Below are positions 1-9,405 of a stretch of DNA of 64,000 nt, one piece after another. Numbering within the stretch: the first letter of the stretch is position 1; each line of letters starts with the position of its first letter. Source of the stretch: Spirochaetota bacterium (GTDB taxonomy: Bacteria > Spirochaetota > UBA4802 > UBA5550); assembly GCA_963664815.2 (NCBI GenBank), contig CAXXHB010000003.1, forward strand, positions 2,336,001 through 2,400,000, given 5' to 3'. The position numbers were made by a program, and so were the translations under genes. The notes beneath the pieces were generated by a model. It was not told the origin of the DNA. It saw only the letters and a program-made list of their open reading frames with translations, and did not search any database.

Positions 1-600
1 AAAATGACCTCCTGCAATATAAGCAACCTTCCCTTTAAATAAATCAATTACACCGGAGGTAACAGTGCCCGGGAAATGATCATTAGAACTTATTGCCGTA
101 TGCACAAGAACAATATTTGCCTTGTCTGCATCAAGTATCTCAGCAAGAGAACGCGACATGTCTTCTATATAAATTCCCGGATATCCCATTGAATAAAAAT
201 ATATGCCGTCAATTATAACCGGTTCAAAAAGATAATCATTCTCATCATCAGGTATAACTGATGGCATATAAACAAGTTTTCTGTGTGCCAGATAGTTAAG
301 CCAGGTGGAGTCACTGCTCCCGCCGCGATCATGGTTACCCTCAGAGATAACTGTTTTAATACCGGATTCATTAAGTTTTAAGAATAACTTTTCCGCACGT
401 TCCAGTATCTCCGGAGTAATTTCACGACGGTCAAATATATCACCCGATATAATTACAGTGTTAACTGAATTCTCAACAGCGTACTCTGCAATATGGTTAA
501 ATGAATCAAAGTAATCATTAAACCTGGAGCCGGAATATTCCCCTATCCCGCCGACAGGACGCCTTCCAAGGTGAAGATCGGAACAGTGAAGTATTTTCAT
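1..600 (-). CDS. sbcD: SbcD/Mre11-family metallophosphoesterase (DNA repair exonuclease), 3' end outside window
   Basis: Not in the ORF track. Manual translation from ATG at 600 gives MKILHCSDLHLG...IISGDIFD...EGNHD...VLVH...YIAGGHF, the calcineurin-like motifs of SbcD/Mre11. GAGG lies upstream and the frame stays open to the window edge. Confidence 0.85.
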   Translation of the reverse strand, partial: MKILHCSDLHLGRRPVGGIGEYSGSRFNDYFDSFNHIAEYAVENSVNTVIISGDIFDRREITPEILERAEKLFLKLNESGIKTVISEGNHDRGGSSDSTWLNYLAHRKLVYMPSVIPDDENDYLFEPVIIDGIYFYSMGYPGIYIEDMSRSLAEILDADKANIVLVHTAISSNDHFPGTVTSGVIDLFKGKVAYIAGGHF

Positions 601-926
601 ATAACCTCTGAATCTTTGTTTATCTCATTCATTAAACGTTCAAGTCAAGTATCTTTAACAATTGTCTTTTAATAAAACGTCTGAATTGTATATTTTACCA
701 ATAATAATCCTGAACTATTTTATTTATTTATTATTTTTCCACTACATCACTCTTTTTTTATAATTATCTGAAAACTGTCAATTCAGCTGCACGGCTTCAT
801 ATGTATAATAATTCTATTTTTTTACAGTTTAATACGCCGGGAATTCTCGCATTACAATAAAATTTATTTGACTAAAGAATAAACACTTATATAAATTTGA
901 TCTATTATTTCAATAAGGAGTTTACC

Positions 927-1922
927 ATGTTGAGTTATCTTGCAGATTGTGTTACATTCTGCGTCAAATTTATACTTTTATTAGCATCATCACTTCCATG
1001 GACAGGAACGAAACTTGGTCTTGGCGCCTGGGCTCTTATTCTTGTTATAACCGGGATTCTGCTTTATTACCCGGTTTTCTTTGTTCTTTTAAAAAAAGGA
1101 AACAGCAGGGCTATCCTTGTATGGCAATGGTTTTTTTTCGGAATATTTTTCCTACCTACCGCTGTTTACGGCTCAGTACTTCTACATTACGCCTCCGGAC
1201 ATCTCGATTTTTTTTCTAAATCTGTCAGCTGGGTTCAATACTGGGGTGGAGACGGGAAGTCCATTCACTGGTTTTCTCTTCCTACATGGAAGTTTATCGG
1301 CATATGTCTCCTGATCGTCATCGGAGCATGGTTCGCGGCGGTCATGATAGAAAATATCCTTGTAGGATCATGGCGTTTTGATTTCACACAGATGGAAGAA
1401 GATCCACTGATGGTAGATTCAACAATGTGGATCATTTTAGGGGCAGTCGGCGGCGGATTTTACGGATTTTTTGCAATGCTCAACCGGAAGGAAACGTTCG
1501 ATTTTATAAACAATAAAGTGGCATCAGGAAAGTACTCCGGATTTTTTACCTGGCTCATGTTTCTTGCCCTTGTTATTATATTACTTATGTTTCTTTTTCT
1601 TGTGGCAAGGGCTGTTATATCATCCGGAATTTTTGCACCGGCATGGTTAGCCTGCATGCTGCCGGTAGCGGGCACGACTTTTTTCCTGGCTGCTTTTATG
1701 GTACCATTTGTTATCGCTGTTCTTGGTATATATTTTCTTCTAGGGGGACTTGCCGAAGCCGGCAGCGGAAAAGTAAGCCCGACTAATTTCAAAAGCGTTT
1801 CAATGGGCGCACCTCAGCAGGAGGACTTCTGGGCAAAGAACGCGCGTATGCAGGCTTCCGGGTTTGAATACTCTATGACGCAGGCGCAGTGGGTAAATAA
1901 AAATCCCTCTAATGATGACTGA
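927..1922 (+). CDS. Polytopic membrane protein of unknown function
   Basis: ORF 897-1922 has about 8 hydrophobic segments. AAGGAG precedes ATG at 927, the likely start. Convergent with the kinase operon. Confidence 0.7.
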   Translation: MLSYLADCVTFCVKFILLLASSLPWTGTKLGLGAWALILVITGILLYYPVFFVLLKKGNSRAILVWQWFFFGIFFLPTAVYGSVLLHYASGHLDFFSKSVSWVQYWGGDGKSIHWFSLPTWKFIGICLLIVIGAWFAAVMIENILVGSWRFDFTQMEEDPLMVDSTMWIILGAVGGGFYGFFAMLNRKETFDFINNKVASGKYSGFFTWLMFLALVIILLMFLFLVARAVISSGIFAPAWLACMLPVAGTTFFLAAFMVPFVIAVLGIYFLLGGLAEAGSGKVSPTNFKSVSMGAPQQEDFWAKNARMQASGFEYSMTQAQWVNKNPSNDD

Positions 1923-1950
1923 AAATCAGCGCCTTTGTAATTATAAATAA

Positions 1951-3342
1951 TCAGTCGTGTACCTGGACGAAGAGTTCTTCGTCCAGGTCGTAGAAAAGAT
2001 AAAACGTATTGTTTCCGGCCTTAACAATTCCTGAATTCAGCTGAGCTGCAAATTTCATTCTTTCACCACTGCTGTTAACTGGCGTCAGATCAATACCTCC
2101 GATCCACTTCGGAGCACCTTTCATGACACTGTTCAGATCAGGCATTATCCGTTTATGCATTCTGTTGCTTCGCTGTATCTCCTTTTGCAACAGATTCAGC
2201 ATTCTGGTCACAGTCATATCATCAGGTTCACTTTCAAACAGATTCTCACTTAAATTTTTTGCTTCAAAATGTGCAAGATAATGTAATATACGGCAATAGC
2301 GTCCTGATTCAGAGTGTACAGGAACATGTACAGATTTTGAATTAATGTTCCAGAACCATATAAGTTCCTCTTTTATTTCAGGACTGAAATTTTCAAAAGC
2401 AGCTAATTCTTCAGATGTAAACAGACGCTCATAACGACGAAACATTCTGTAATCACCTGAGAGAAAAAAACAGTTCCCCGTCCATTCCCTGTCAGATTCA
2501 CTGAGAAGACAACGCAGCAGCGGCCTAAGCCCTGCAGTTTTCTTATCACGTGAAGGAAAGGCAAAGACATTCTGAATTGAAGGATAGACATAACACATTG
2601 CAGGGAAAAAATCACTGACAGGTTTTGAGATTTTCTCTTCAGATGCTAAACCTGATTTGCCTATATCAGATACACTGAAATGTTCCGTTTCTATTATGAA
2701 GACTTCATCTGAATTTTTACGCGCCTGCCTCTCAATCTGCCTTAATACCAGCCGTGAATCATAATCCCTGAGATGTTTCTCCGCTGTTTCGATTGTTGAA
2801 ATTGCATCGGCAAAAAGTCCAAGCTCACGTTCAGCCTCAGCTTTTGCAATATAATCACCTGATTCTTCCGCCAAGAAAATTATTCTTTTCAGTGTTTCCG
2901 CAAGATCCAGGGGAAGACAGCTATCCGCCTCTACGGAGGTATATTTTCTCCTGTTATGATTTTGCTCCCACCATAGACGGGTATATAGTATATATTCATA
3001 TCGACGATCAGCGGGTTTTAATTTTCGGCTTTGAGGGAACAGCTCTGTTATAGCTTCAAGGTAACTGATATCATTCTTTTTATCGTCTATGCCTATAAAA
3101 GGGAGTTCCTGGTAATCTTCACTCCCCGGCACCTGTTTTTTTATTTTCGCTTTCGCTATAATAAACCATCTGCTACAATAATGACATAGTTCCACAACCG
3201 GCTCCATCGGATACATAACAGCACTGTAGTACCCGTCAGACCAGAACCTGGCACCAAAAGTATTCCCTGATATTAAGATCTGTTTTCTATACAGTCCTCC
3301 ACAATGAGTACATGATATTATTTCATCCTTTCCGGAACCCAT
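1951..3342 (-). CDS. Zinc-finger (CxxC...SGNTFGA.FWSDG...CxxC) plus TPR-like helical protein with a C-terminal YwqG/DUF1963-like segment
   Basis: CTHC/CHYC pair; helical segment IAKAEAERELGLFADAISTIE; C-terminal GAPKWIGG...MKFAAQL...FYLFYD. Last gene of the operon. Confidence 0.6.
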   Translation of the reverse strand: MGSGKDEIISCTHCGGLYRKQILISGNTFGARFWSDGYYSAVMYPMEPVVELCHYCSRWFIIAKAKIKKQVPGSEDYQELPFIGIDDKKNDISYLEAITELFPQSRKLKPADRRYEYILYTRLWWEQNHNRRKYTSVEADSCLPLDLAETLKRIIFLAEESGDYIAKAEAERELGLFADAISTIETAEKHLRDYDSRLVLRQIERQARKNSDEVFIIETEHFSVSDIGKSGLASEEKISKPVSDFFPAMCYVYPSIQNVFAFPSRDKKTAGLRPLLRCLLSESDREWTGNCFFLSGDYRMFRRYERLFTSEELAAFENFSPEIKEELIWFWNINSKSVHVPVHSESGRYCRILHYLAHFEAKNLSENLFESEPDDMTVTRMLNLLQKEIQRSNRMHKRIMPDLNSVMKGAPKWIGGIDLTPVNSSGERMKFAAQLNSGIVKAGNNTFYLFYDLDEELFVQVHD

Positions 3343-3345
3343 ACA

Positions 3346-3582
3346 CTATCCTGTGATTTTCACTATTTCTTCAAGACGATTTCTGAGAGTATCTGCTTCT
3401 TTAACATTTCCCTCCGCTTCTGCCTCAATGAGCATACGGCGTACATGTACTTTTTCAGCCCTTATGTTTTTATACTCCTCTTCAAGTTCTTCAAGTGTCT
3501 CAATCTTTCTGATCCGCTCGGACAGATCGCCAGGAAGAATTTCTTTCATCATTTTTTTGAACAAATCATTCTTCTCCGTCAT
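3346..3582 (-). CDS. Small coiled-coil protein
   Basis: 78 aa, highly charged and helical; 3-bp gaps to both neighbours. Confidence 0.65.
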   Translation of the reverse strand: MTEKNDLFKKMMKEILPGDLSERIRKIETLEELEEEYKNIRAEKVHVRRMLIEAEAEGNVKEADTLRNRLEEIVKITG

Positions 3583-3585
3583 AGC

Positions 3586-3873
3586 TCATACCATTATTTC
3601 ATCAGGTGTTATATCCCCGTTTTCAACAAGCACACGGATTGCACGAAGTGTCCTTTCCTTTCCCTCTTTATATCTTTCAAGATTATCTCGGTTTAATCTG
3701 CCGATCATCAGGATGAGTTCTTTTCTATCTTTTTCACGCATATTTTCCGCAAATAGATGAACAATTTTCTCATCCTTATCAAGAAGAAACCATGCTATAT
3801 CCTCCACATCCAGTTCGCGTATAATTTTTTTAACAGCCGTATCTGCAAAAGAGAGAAGATCATATTCCTGCAT
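3586..3873 (-). CDS. Stand-alone FliG C-terminal-domain-like protein
   Basis: YDLLSFADTAVKKIIRELDVEDIAWFL...LFAENMRE...AIRVLVENGDI resembles FliG-C (F.DL..L.DR.IQ..LREV....LA.AL...IF.NMS.R...IR.L...GEI). Confidence 0.65.
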   Translation of the reverse strand: MQEYDLLSFADTAVKKIIRELDVEDIAWFLLDKDEKIVHLFAENMREKDRKELILMIGRLNRDNLERYKEGKERTLRAIRVLVENGDITPDEIMV

Positions 3874-3934
3874 AATTTTTTCTCAATTCCTTTCCTTCAA
3901 TTATTGTTAAACAACACATTAGATACCGTAATTA

Positions 3935-6900
3935 TCAATTCTCATAGCTTCTGTACATACGATAAACCTTTTCAAATTTTTCAGAGATCGTTGTCATCAT
4001 AAACACTATTGCCATTGGTATTGCCAGCATAACAAGATATGCCGCAATAACCGCTGTACCGTCAGGAAATTTCTCTATTAGCCCGGGGATTAATCCGCCA
4101 GCCGCATATATCTTCTCACTCCCCGGAATCATAGAAGCCGCCCTGTGTCCGAAGGCAACCAGAACAGGGAATAAAACAGGTAATACAAAAATATACAGTA
4201 TCTGCCCCTCAAACCTGTTCAGCGTATTCACCAGTTTAATCCTGTAATTATAAAATGAACCACAGATTATCATCAGAGTATATGCAATAAAAAAATGTGA
4301 AAGTAAAAAAGCTATAAATCCAAGAAGTATCGGTGATAATGAAATCAATCCGGTAATCCTGCTTACGATATCAAAAGAGAAGAACAGCATCAGAATCGTT
4401 ATCCCTTTTATGGCCGATCCTGTTACACTATTTAACAGGTGCCGTATTTTTAAACCTTTCCCGGGATCAAGAATGGATGCTGTATCATTAAACTTTTCCC
4501 TCTTTGCATAGCAATACGCGGTTTCTCCATCCGGGTCTGCAAGCATTATATCAGCCCCGTATTTAATCAGCATCCTTACTATTCCATTATGACCATCTCC
4601 GGCGGCAAGCATAAGCGGAGTACATTCATCAACAGTGGTAAAAACATTTACCCTTGCACCTTTTTTAAGCAACAATTCCACGATTTCGGGTGAAGATTCC
4701 CTTTCTGTGATTTTGGAATGCTGTAATATGGCCCCCATAAGCGGAGTTATGCCATGTTCTTCCCCTCCATTGATATCAACTCCTGCATCTATAAGAGTTT
4801 TTACAGTCTCAAGCGCCTCCCCCTTTTCATCATTTCGTAAAGCATAGTGGAGCAGATTACAGCCATCTTCCAGAATGATCTTCGGATCAGCGCCCTTTTC
4901 AAGCAGAAGTTTAACAATAGTATTCTGTGATTCTGCTGTTGCTGTTTCATCAGGTGATCCCATAAGAAGAAGCTGCAGCGGCGCGTATTCTCTATCTTCC
5001 TCTTTCTGAGGAAGATTCGGATCAGCTCCTCTGTCAAGGAGCATGGAAGCAATTTCAACATTTCTCCAGCATGCAGCAAGACCCAGAGGAATCTGGCCAT
5101 TCAGGGCAGGACTGTTTACATCAGCGCCGTTGTCCAGGAGTATAGATGCCATTTTTTTATTGCCGGTCAGTATGGAACAATTAAGCGGAGTGGTGTCAAA
5201 ATCGAGAAGTTCAGGATGTGCATTCCCGTTGACCGGAAGGCCCTGAGAAATATAGAATTCCATAAGATCAATCCTGTTCCCACAGGCAATAATACAGGCA
5301 TCTTCAAGCCATTTATTATCATTCCATAAAAACAGAACATCACGGCAATTTCTGAATGGAAACATTTTCAGTACTGTAAAGCGCGAAACAGGATGCATGT
5401 TCATAAGACTGTATGTATCATTAATGATGTTTCTCTTTTCAAGCCATACCAGGAGTTTCGAATCGTCAGTCATTATCCCGCTGATAATCTCCTGCCGTAT
5501 TTCAGGATCTGTTTCCAGCGCCAATTCCTCAGGACTGTAGTAATATTTACCGAGTAGTTTTATCCGCCCTTCACCGTTACTCTGAAGACTAAGAATTACC
5601 GTGTTGAGGGCTCTCTCTTCTGTAATCGCGTCTGAATCAAAGAGATCCCAGAAAGAATCAGCAACGGTTTTCCCGTTTTCTCCGCCAACGGCTTCAAGAT
5701 AAAGATAAAACGGCGACAGGGGGTTTTTAAGCTCCTCCTGGTAATAGATATTGTCCTGATGTGTCAACTCGTCAATTTTAACCATGTCATGAGCTTCAGC
5801 CTCAAGCGCATCCCCCAGTTCCTCGGCAGTAGTACACAACCTGCCCTTATGAGAGATAAATGGTTTTCCCGGATCCAGAGTATATATGGCACGTGTAAGC
5901 CCCGCATTTCTTTCATCACTGCCACTGTATAATTCGATAATTTTCTCCATTTCAGTTGAAAGGGCCATATCATTTGCTTTTTCAAGCCATTCCTTGATTT
6001 TCCCCATATACAGATAATCTGCGCCGCGTTCCGGATGCTTTTCAAGAAGCACTGCTAGTTCTGCAGGGGTTGAGAATGTTTCCGTTGAACTGAATGACCG
6101 CTGTTCATAGGGCCGCAGTGTCGAATTGTAGCTGACTGTCAGTTTTTCTCCTGCAATCCATTTTTTTATTTCACTGTACCCCCACCTCTCTTTCGGAAGT
6201 GGGTTTATAAGTCCTTTGATAAGTACAGCAAGATCAGGGTCCATGCCTCCCGGAAATTCAACTGTTTTATCCCGCACCATTGCAGATCTTATTGCGTCGG
6301 GGATCCCCCTGAATGGTTTTTCTCCAAGCCAGAGATGATACATCGTTATCCCGAAAGCAAAATAATCGGCTGCCTTCCCGGCCATAACCTCCGTCTGGTT
6401 TCCAAACCTCATCAGTTCTGGTGCGGCATACTCTTTCGTACCGTTAGCCCTTACAATTGCCTCACCGGTTCCGTTTTTCATCAGGCTGGAAATACCAAAA
6501 TCCGCCAGCACTACAGATGATCTTGTCTGATCTGTAAAATACACATTTTCCGGTTTCAAATCCTGGTATATTATACCGAGTTCATCATGCAGAACACGCA
6601 GACCCTCGGCAATATTTCCTGCCAGCTTTTTGAGCTGAACAATATTGCTTAACGGTCCAATTTCACGAAGATAACTGTCAAGAGGCCCTCCTGAAGCATA
6701 ATCCATTATTTCAAAATCACGTTCTTCAAACTGTCCAAAATCATGTATTCCTATAATCATTCCCGAACGATCAGATCTGATTTTGCTTATAACATCTTCC
6801 GGAAATTTATATCCCTTCCTGTAATGTTTCATTACAAGAGGTTTCCCACCAAGCTCAATTTCATATATTATTGCCTCACCGGAGGAAATGCTGATAATTC

Positions 6901-7255
6901 TTTTTATTATATAGTTTATTCCATTCAGTTGTACAGTTTTCCCCGGTTCAAAAATTTCATCTCCCTCTGTCTGTTTATGCAATAATACCGACTGGCTGTT
7001 CATTATTCTGATGGTTTCCGCATCCTGCTGGGTATCACCTCCGGCTGCGGATGTAATTTTTATTGTTTCAGCGCTGTTATTATCAATACATACAGTTGAA
7101 TCTGCCGAATCTGCAGATTTTTGTTCATCCAGCCTTACTGTCGGCTGGTTTATATCATTGATCCTTACGGTTGCTTCTGCGGAATCATCAGCTTTTATAT
7201 CATCAATCCTTAACGTCGCATTATTAATTCTTACTGTTTTATTATTTTCACTCAT
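3935..7255 (-). CDS. Hanks-type Ser/Thr protein kinase with N-terminal TxxI repeat tail, ankyrin repeats and C-terminal TM helices
   Basis: Kinase motifs LVMKHY, YQDLKPEN, LADFG, GTKEYAAPE, DYFAFG. About 6-7 ankyrin repeats (TPLNCS..GN...LLDNGADVN; TPLMLAAGDGH..LIKYGAD). About 4 hydrophobic helices at the C-terminus. Confidence 0.92.
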   Translation of the reverse strand: MSENNKTVRINNATLRIDDIKADDSAEATVRINDINQPTVRLDEQKSADSADSTVCIDNNSAETIKITSAAGGDTQQDAETIRIMNSQSVLLHKQTEGDEIFEPGKTVQLNGINYIIKRIISISSGEAIIYEIELGGKPLVMKHYRKGYKFPEDVISKIRSDRSGMIIGIHDFGQFEERDFEIMDYASGGPLDSYLREIGPLSNIVQLKKLAGNIAEGLRVLHDELGIIYQDLKPENVYFTDQTRSSVVLADFGISSLMKNGTGEAIVRANGTKEYAAPELMRFGNQTEVMAGKAADYFAFGITMYHLWLGEKPFRGIPDAIRSAMVRDKTVEFPGGMDPDLAVLIKGLINPLPKERWGYSEIKKWIAGEKLTVSYNSTLRPYEQRSFSSTETFSTPAELAVLLEKHPERGADYLYMGKIKEWLEKANDMALSTEMEKIIELYSGSDERNAGLTRAIYTLDPGKPFISHKGRLCTTAEELGDALEAEAHDMVKIDELTHQDNIYYQEELKNPLSPFYLYLEAVGGENGKTVADSFWDLFDSDAITEERALNTVILSLQSNGEGRIKLLGKYYYSPEELALETDPEIRQEIISGIMTDDSKLLVWLEKRNIINDTYSLMNMHPVSRFTVLKMFPFRNCRDVLFLWNDNKWLEDACIIACGNRIDLMEFYISQGLPVNGNAHPELLDFDTTPLNCSILTGNKKMASILLDNGADVNSPALNGQIPLGLAACWRNVEIASMLLDRGADPNLPQKEEDREYAPLQLLLMGSPDETATAESQNTIVKLLLEKGADPKIILEDGCNLLHYALRNDEKGEALETVKTLIDAGVDINGGEEHGITPLMGAILQHSKITERESSPEIVELLLKKGARVNVFTTVDECTPLMLAAGDGHNGIVRMLIKYGADIMLADPDGETAYCYAKREKFNDTASILDPGKGLKIRHLLNSVTGSAIKGITILMLFFSFDIVSRITGLISLSPILLGFIAFLLSHFFIAYTLMIICGSFYNYRIKLVNTLNRFEGQILYIFVLPVLFPVLVAFGHRAASMIPGSEKIYAAGGLIPGLIEKFPDGTAVIAAYLVMLAIPMAIVFMMTTISEKFEKVYRMYRSYEN

Positions 7256-7267
7256 CGCTTTCTCCTT

Positions 7268-8080
7268 TTATTTCAGGTTCAGCGGAGGACGTTTATATCC
7301 CCTGTCGCTTTGTAGAATCATCATATTAATATTGCTTTTATCCAGATAATAGCTGTAAACCTTATCGATACCGTTTTTATCGCTTTTTTTAGCATAATAA
7401 CCGGCTTTTTTCTCTTCAATATCCTTCAATCTGAAATACTCGGGATTTTCTTCTTCAAACTTTCTCCTTTGTGCATCTGTCACTTTTTTTAATGCAAAAT
7501 TCTTTATTACATACTCCCTGTATGTTTTTTCAAAAGCATCTATTGCATTTTCCATATTGAACACAGTTACCGAATCCTCCCAGTGCCTCGGCATTAATAT
7601 GAAACCTCTGACAGGTGTTTCACCACTGTAAAATTCGGCAGGAGCCCATACATCGCCACCACGCCGTATAACTCCTCCGAGAATAACAACAGTTCCCCGC
7701 GGGACAGACATCACCGGCACCGTCGTTTTGATCATGTCGCTCCCTGTAATTTTAGTAAAGAAAGGTCTTTCTGCGGTAAGAGTATATGTAGCGCGGCTTT
7801 CACCTTTTACAATTGAACTAGAATAAGCCTCATGACCGTATATGTAGAAAGTTCTGATGTCAATCACATTACCCGCAGTTGAAATAATACGGCTGAAACC
7901 GCCTCCATTAAAAAAAAAGATCAGAAGCAAAACTACCCCTGCCGGAATACCGATTTTCAAAAACTGTACCAATCTGACTACAAACCTGGTAAACCAGTTT
8001 ACGCATTCCGGGCACTGCCTGTTATTAAAGAATCCTCCATCAAAATCGCTGTCACAGTTTGGACAAGTCCAAATGGTCAT
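7268..8080 (-). CDS. Zinc-ribbon, single-TM protein with a probable extracytoplasmic domain
   Basis: WTCPNC...QCPEC followed by hydrophobic GIPAGVVLLLIFFF. AGGAGG precedes ATG at 8080 (ORF track starts at 8104). Confidence 0.7.
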   Translation of the reverse strand: MTIWTCPNCDSDFDGGFFNNRQCPECVNWFTRFVVRLVQFLKIGIPAGVVLLLIFFFNGGGFSRIISTAGNVIDIRTFYIYGHEAYSSSIVKGESRATYTLTAERPFFTKITGSDMIKTTVPVMSVPRGTVVILGGVIRRGGDVWAPAEFYSGETPVRGFILMPRHWEDSVTVFNMENAIDAFEKTYREYVIKNFALKKVTDAQRRKFEEENPEYFRLKDIEEKKAGYYAKKSDKNGIDKVYSYYLDKSNINMMILQSDRGYKRPPLNLK

Positions 8081-8081
8081 T

Positions 8082-8807
8082 TTATACCTCCTGTATCGAT
8101 GCAATAATTACCGATATATTATCTTTACCACCCCCTGACTCAGCTGCAGAGACCAGTGCTTCCAGCGGACAGGGATTTGTTTTAAGTATATCTTCAATTT
8201 CATCAGTATGTACAATGTCATGCAGCCCGTCGCTTGAAAGTAAAATAATATCAGTTGATGATAGTCCCACATCTATCGGAGTAAACTCAAGAAACATTTT
8301 ACCACCTCCGCCGAATGAATTGGTTATTATATTTGACGGGGCATCGGGCATGCTCCCTGACTCCCTGAGAGAATGATCCATTGTCAGTCGTTTCAACAAT
8401 CCATGGCTGAAAAGCCAAAGTCTTGAATCACCCGCGTGAAAACGAAAAGCTTTACCCCGATAAAAAAGAATCCCAACCAATGTAGACCCGCTATTCTTTG
8501 GCACTTCCATGTGAGTTTCTTCGGCAAAAGTCCTGAAAACCTCAGCAATCTCATCGTCGGAAAGGTCACCCGGAATACCATGCATGAAATACAAGAGCCT
8601 TTCCAATACCATGGCGCTCGCTTCTTCGCCATTCTCAAGCCCCCCCATTCCATCAGCAACCGCAAGTACAAATGGTTTATCATTTTTATTAATAATTTCA
8701 GCTGAATATCTCCCGTCACGTAAAAGCTTATCGTCAACAAGTATCATATCTTCATTACTGGAGCGTACAAGACCGATATCACAGATTGCGGATACTGAAA
8801 TGCGCAT
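8082..8807 (-). CDS. PP2C/PPM-family Ser/Thr phosphatase (PrpC/Stp1-like)
   Basis: DIGLVRSSNED, AVADGMGG, GSTL, HAGDSR, LLSSDGL and GGKDNIS motifs. Confidence 0.95.
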   Translation of the reverse strand: MRISVSAICDIGLVRSSNEDMILVDDKLLRDGRYSAEIINKNDKPFVLAVADGMGGLENGEEASAMVLERLLYFMHGIPGDLSDDEIAEVFRTFAEETHMEVPKNSGSTLVGILFYRGKAFRFHAGDSRLWLFSHGLLKRLTMDHSLRESGSMPDAPSNIITNSFGGGGKMFLEFTPIDVGLSSTDIILLSSDGLHDIVHTDEIEDILKTNPCPLEALVSAAESGGGKDNISVIIASIQEV

Positions 8808-8809
8808 AA

Positions 8810-9382
8810 TCAGATTCTGGCAGTCGCGTTTTCAGATACTGCTATTTCTACACTAAAATCAATATCAGCTATTCTGAGGGTTGAACCGTTATTTACAGTA
8901 CCGGCTTTATTCGGGACAAGTTTAACCTTGTTAATATAAGTGCCATTGGTCGACCCTGTATCTGAAACAGTCCATATGCTGTCATTATATTCAATTTTAA
9001 TATGACTCCCGGACACCTGCGGAAACCGGCTGAATATTTCAGCAAACGGGCCTGATTTACGTCCAATAACATCTCCATGTGAAGGTGTTATATCTATTCC
9101 ATGCGTTTTACTGTAAAGCCTGAGCTTAAATGGCTGCAACTGCTTAGATTTATCTCCATGATCAGTAGTACCAGAAGATACTGCAGACATTTGCTGTACA
9201 GGAATTGTTTCCGTGCCAGTATTCACTTCATGACCAGGTTTAATCATCACCTGCCCGTCAAAGATACATCTTTTCCCCTTGCCCGGCCTTCCGCAGAGAG
9301 AACACAATAATATCTCTCCGCCACATTGGTCACAGTATATCGAATCATCATCTATTGTTTCCCTGCAATAAGGGCAGTTCAT
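8810..9382 (-). CDS. Double zinc-ribbon plus FHA domain protein
   Basis: CPYC/CDQC/CSLC at the N-terminus. FHA pThr-binding motifs IGR, VSGSH and GSTNGT. C-terminus is ...ENATARI. Confidence 0.92.
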   Translation of the reverse strand: MNCPYCRETIDDDSIYCDQCGGEILLCSLCGRPGKGKRCIFDGQVMIKPGHEVNTGTETIPVQQMSAVSSGTTDHGDKSKQLQPFKLRLYSKTHGIDITPSHGDVIGRKSGPFAEIFSRFPQVSGSHIKIEYNDSIWTVSDTGSTNGTYINKVKLVPNKAGTVNNGSTLRIADIDFSVEIAVSENATARI

Positions 9383-9405
9383 AATATTCCTCCTATCCTG
9401 TTCAC

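Noticed and set aside
305-514. 69-aa + strand ORF
   Set aside because: Antisense shadow of the minus-strand sbcD-like gene (1-600).
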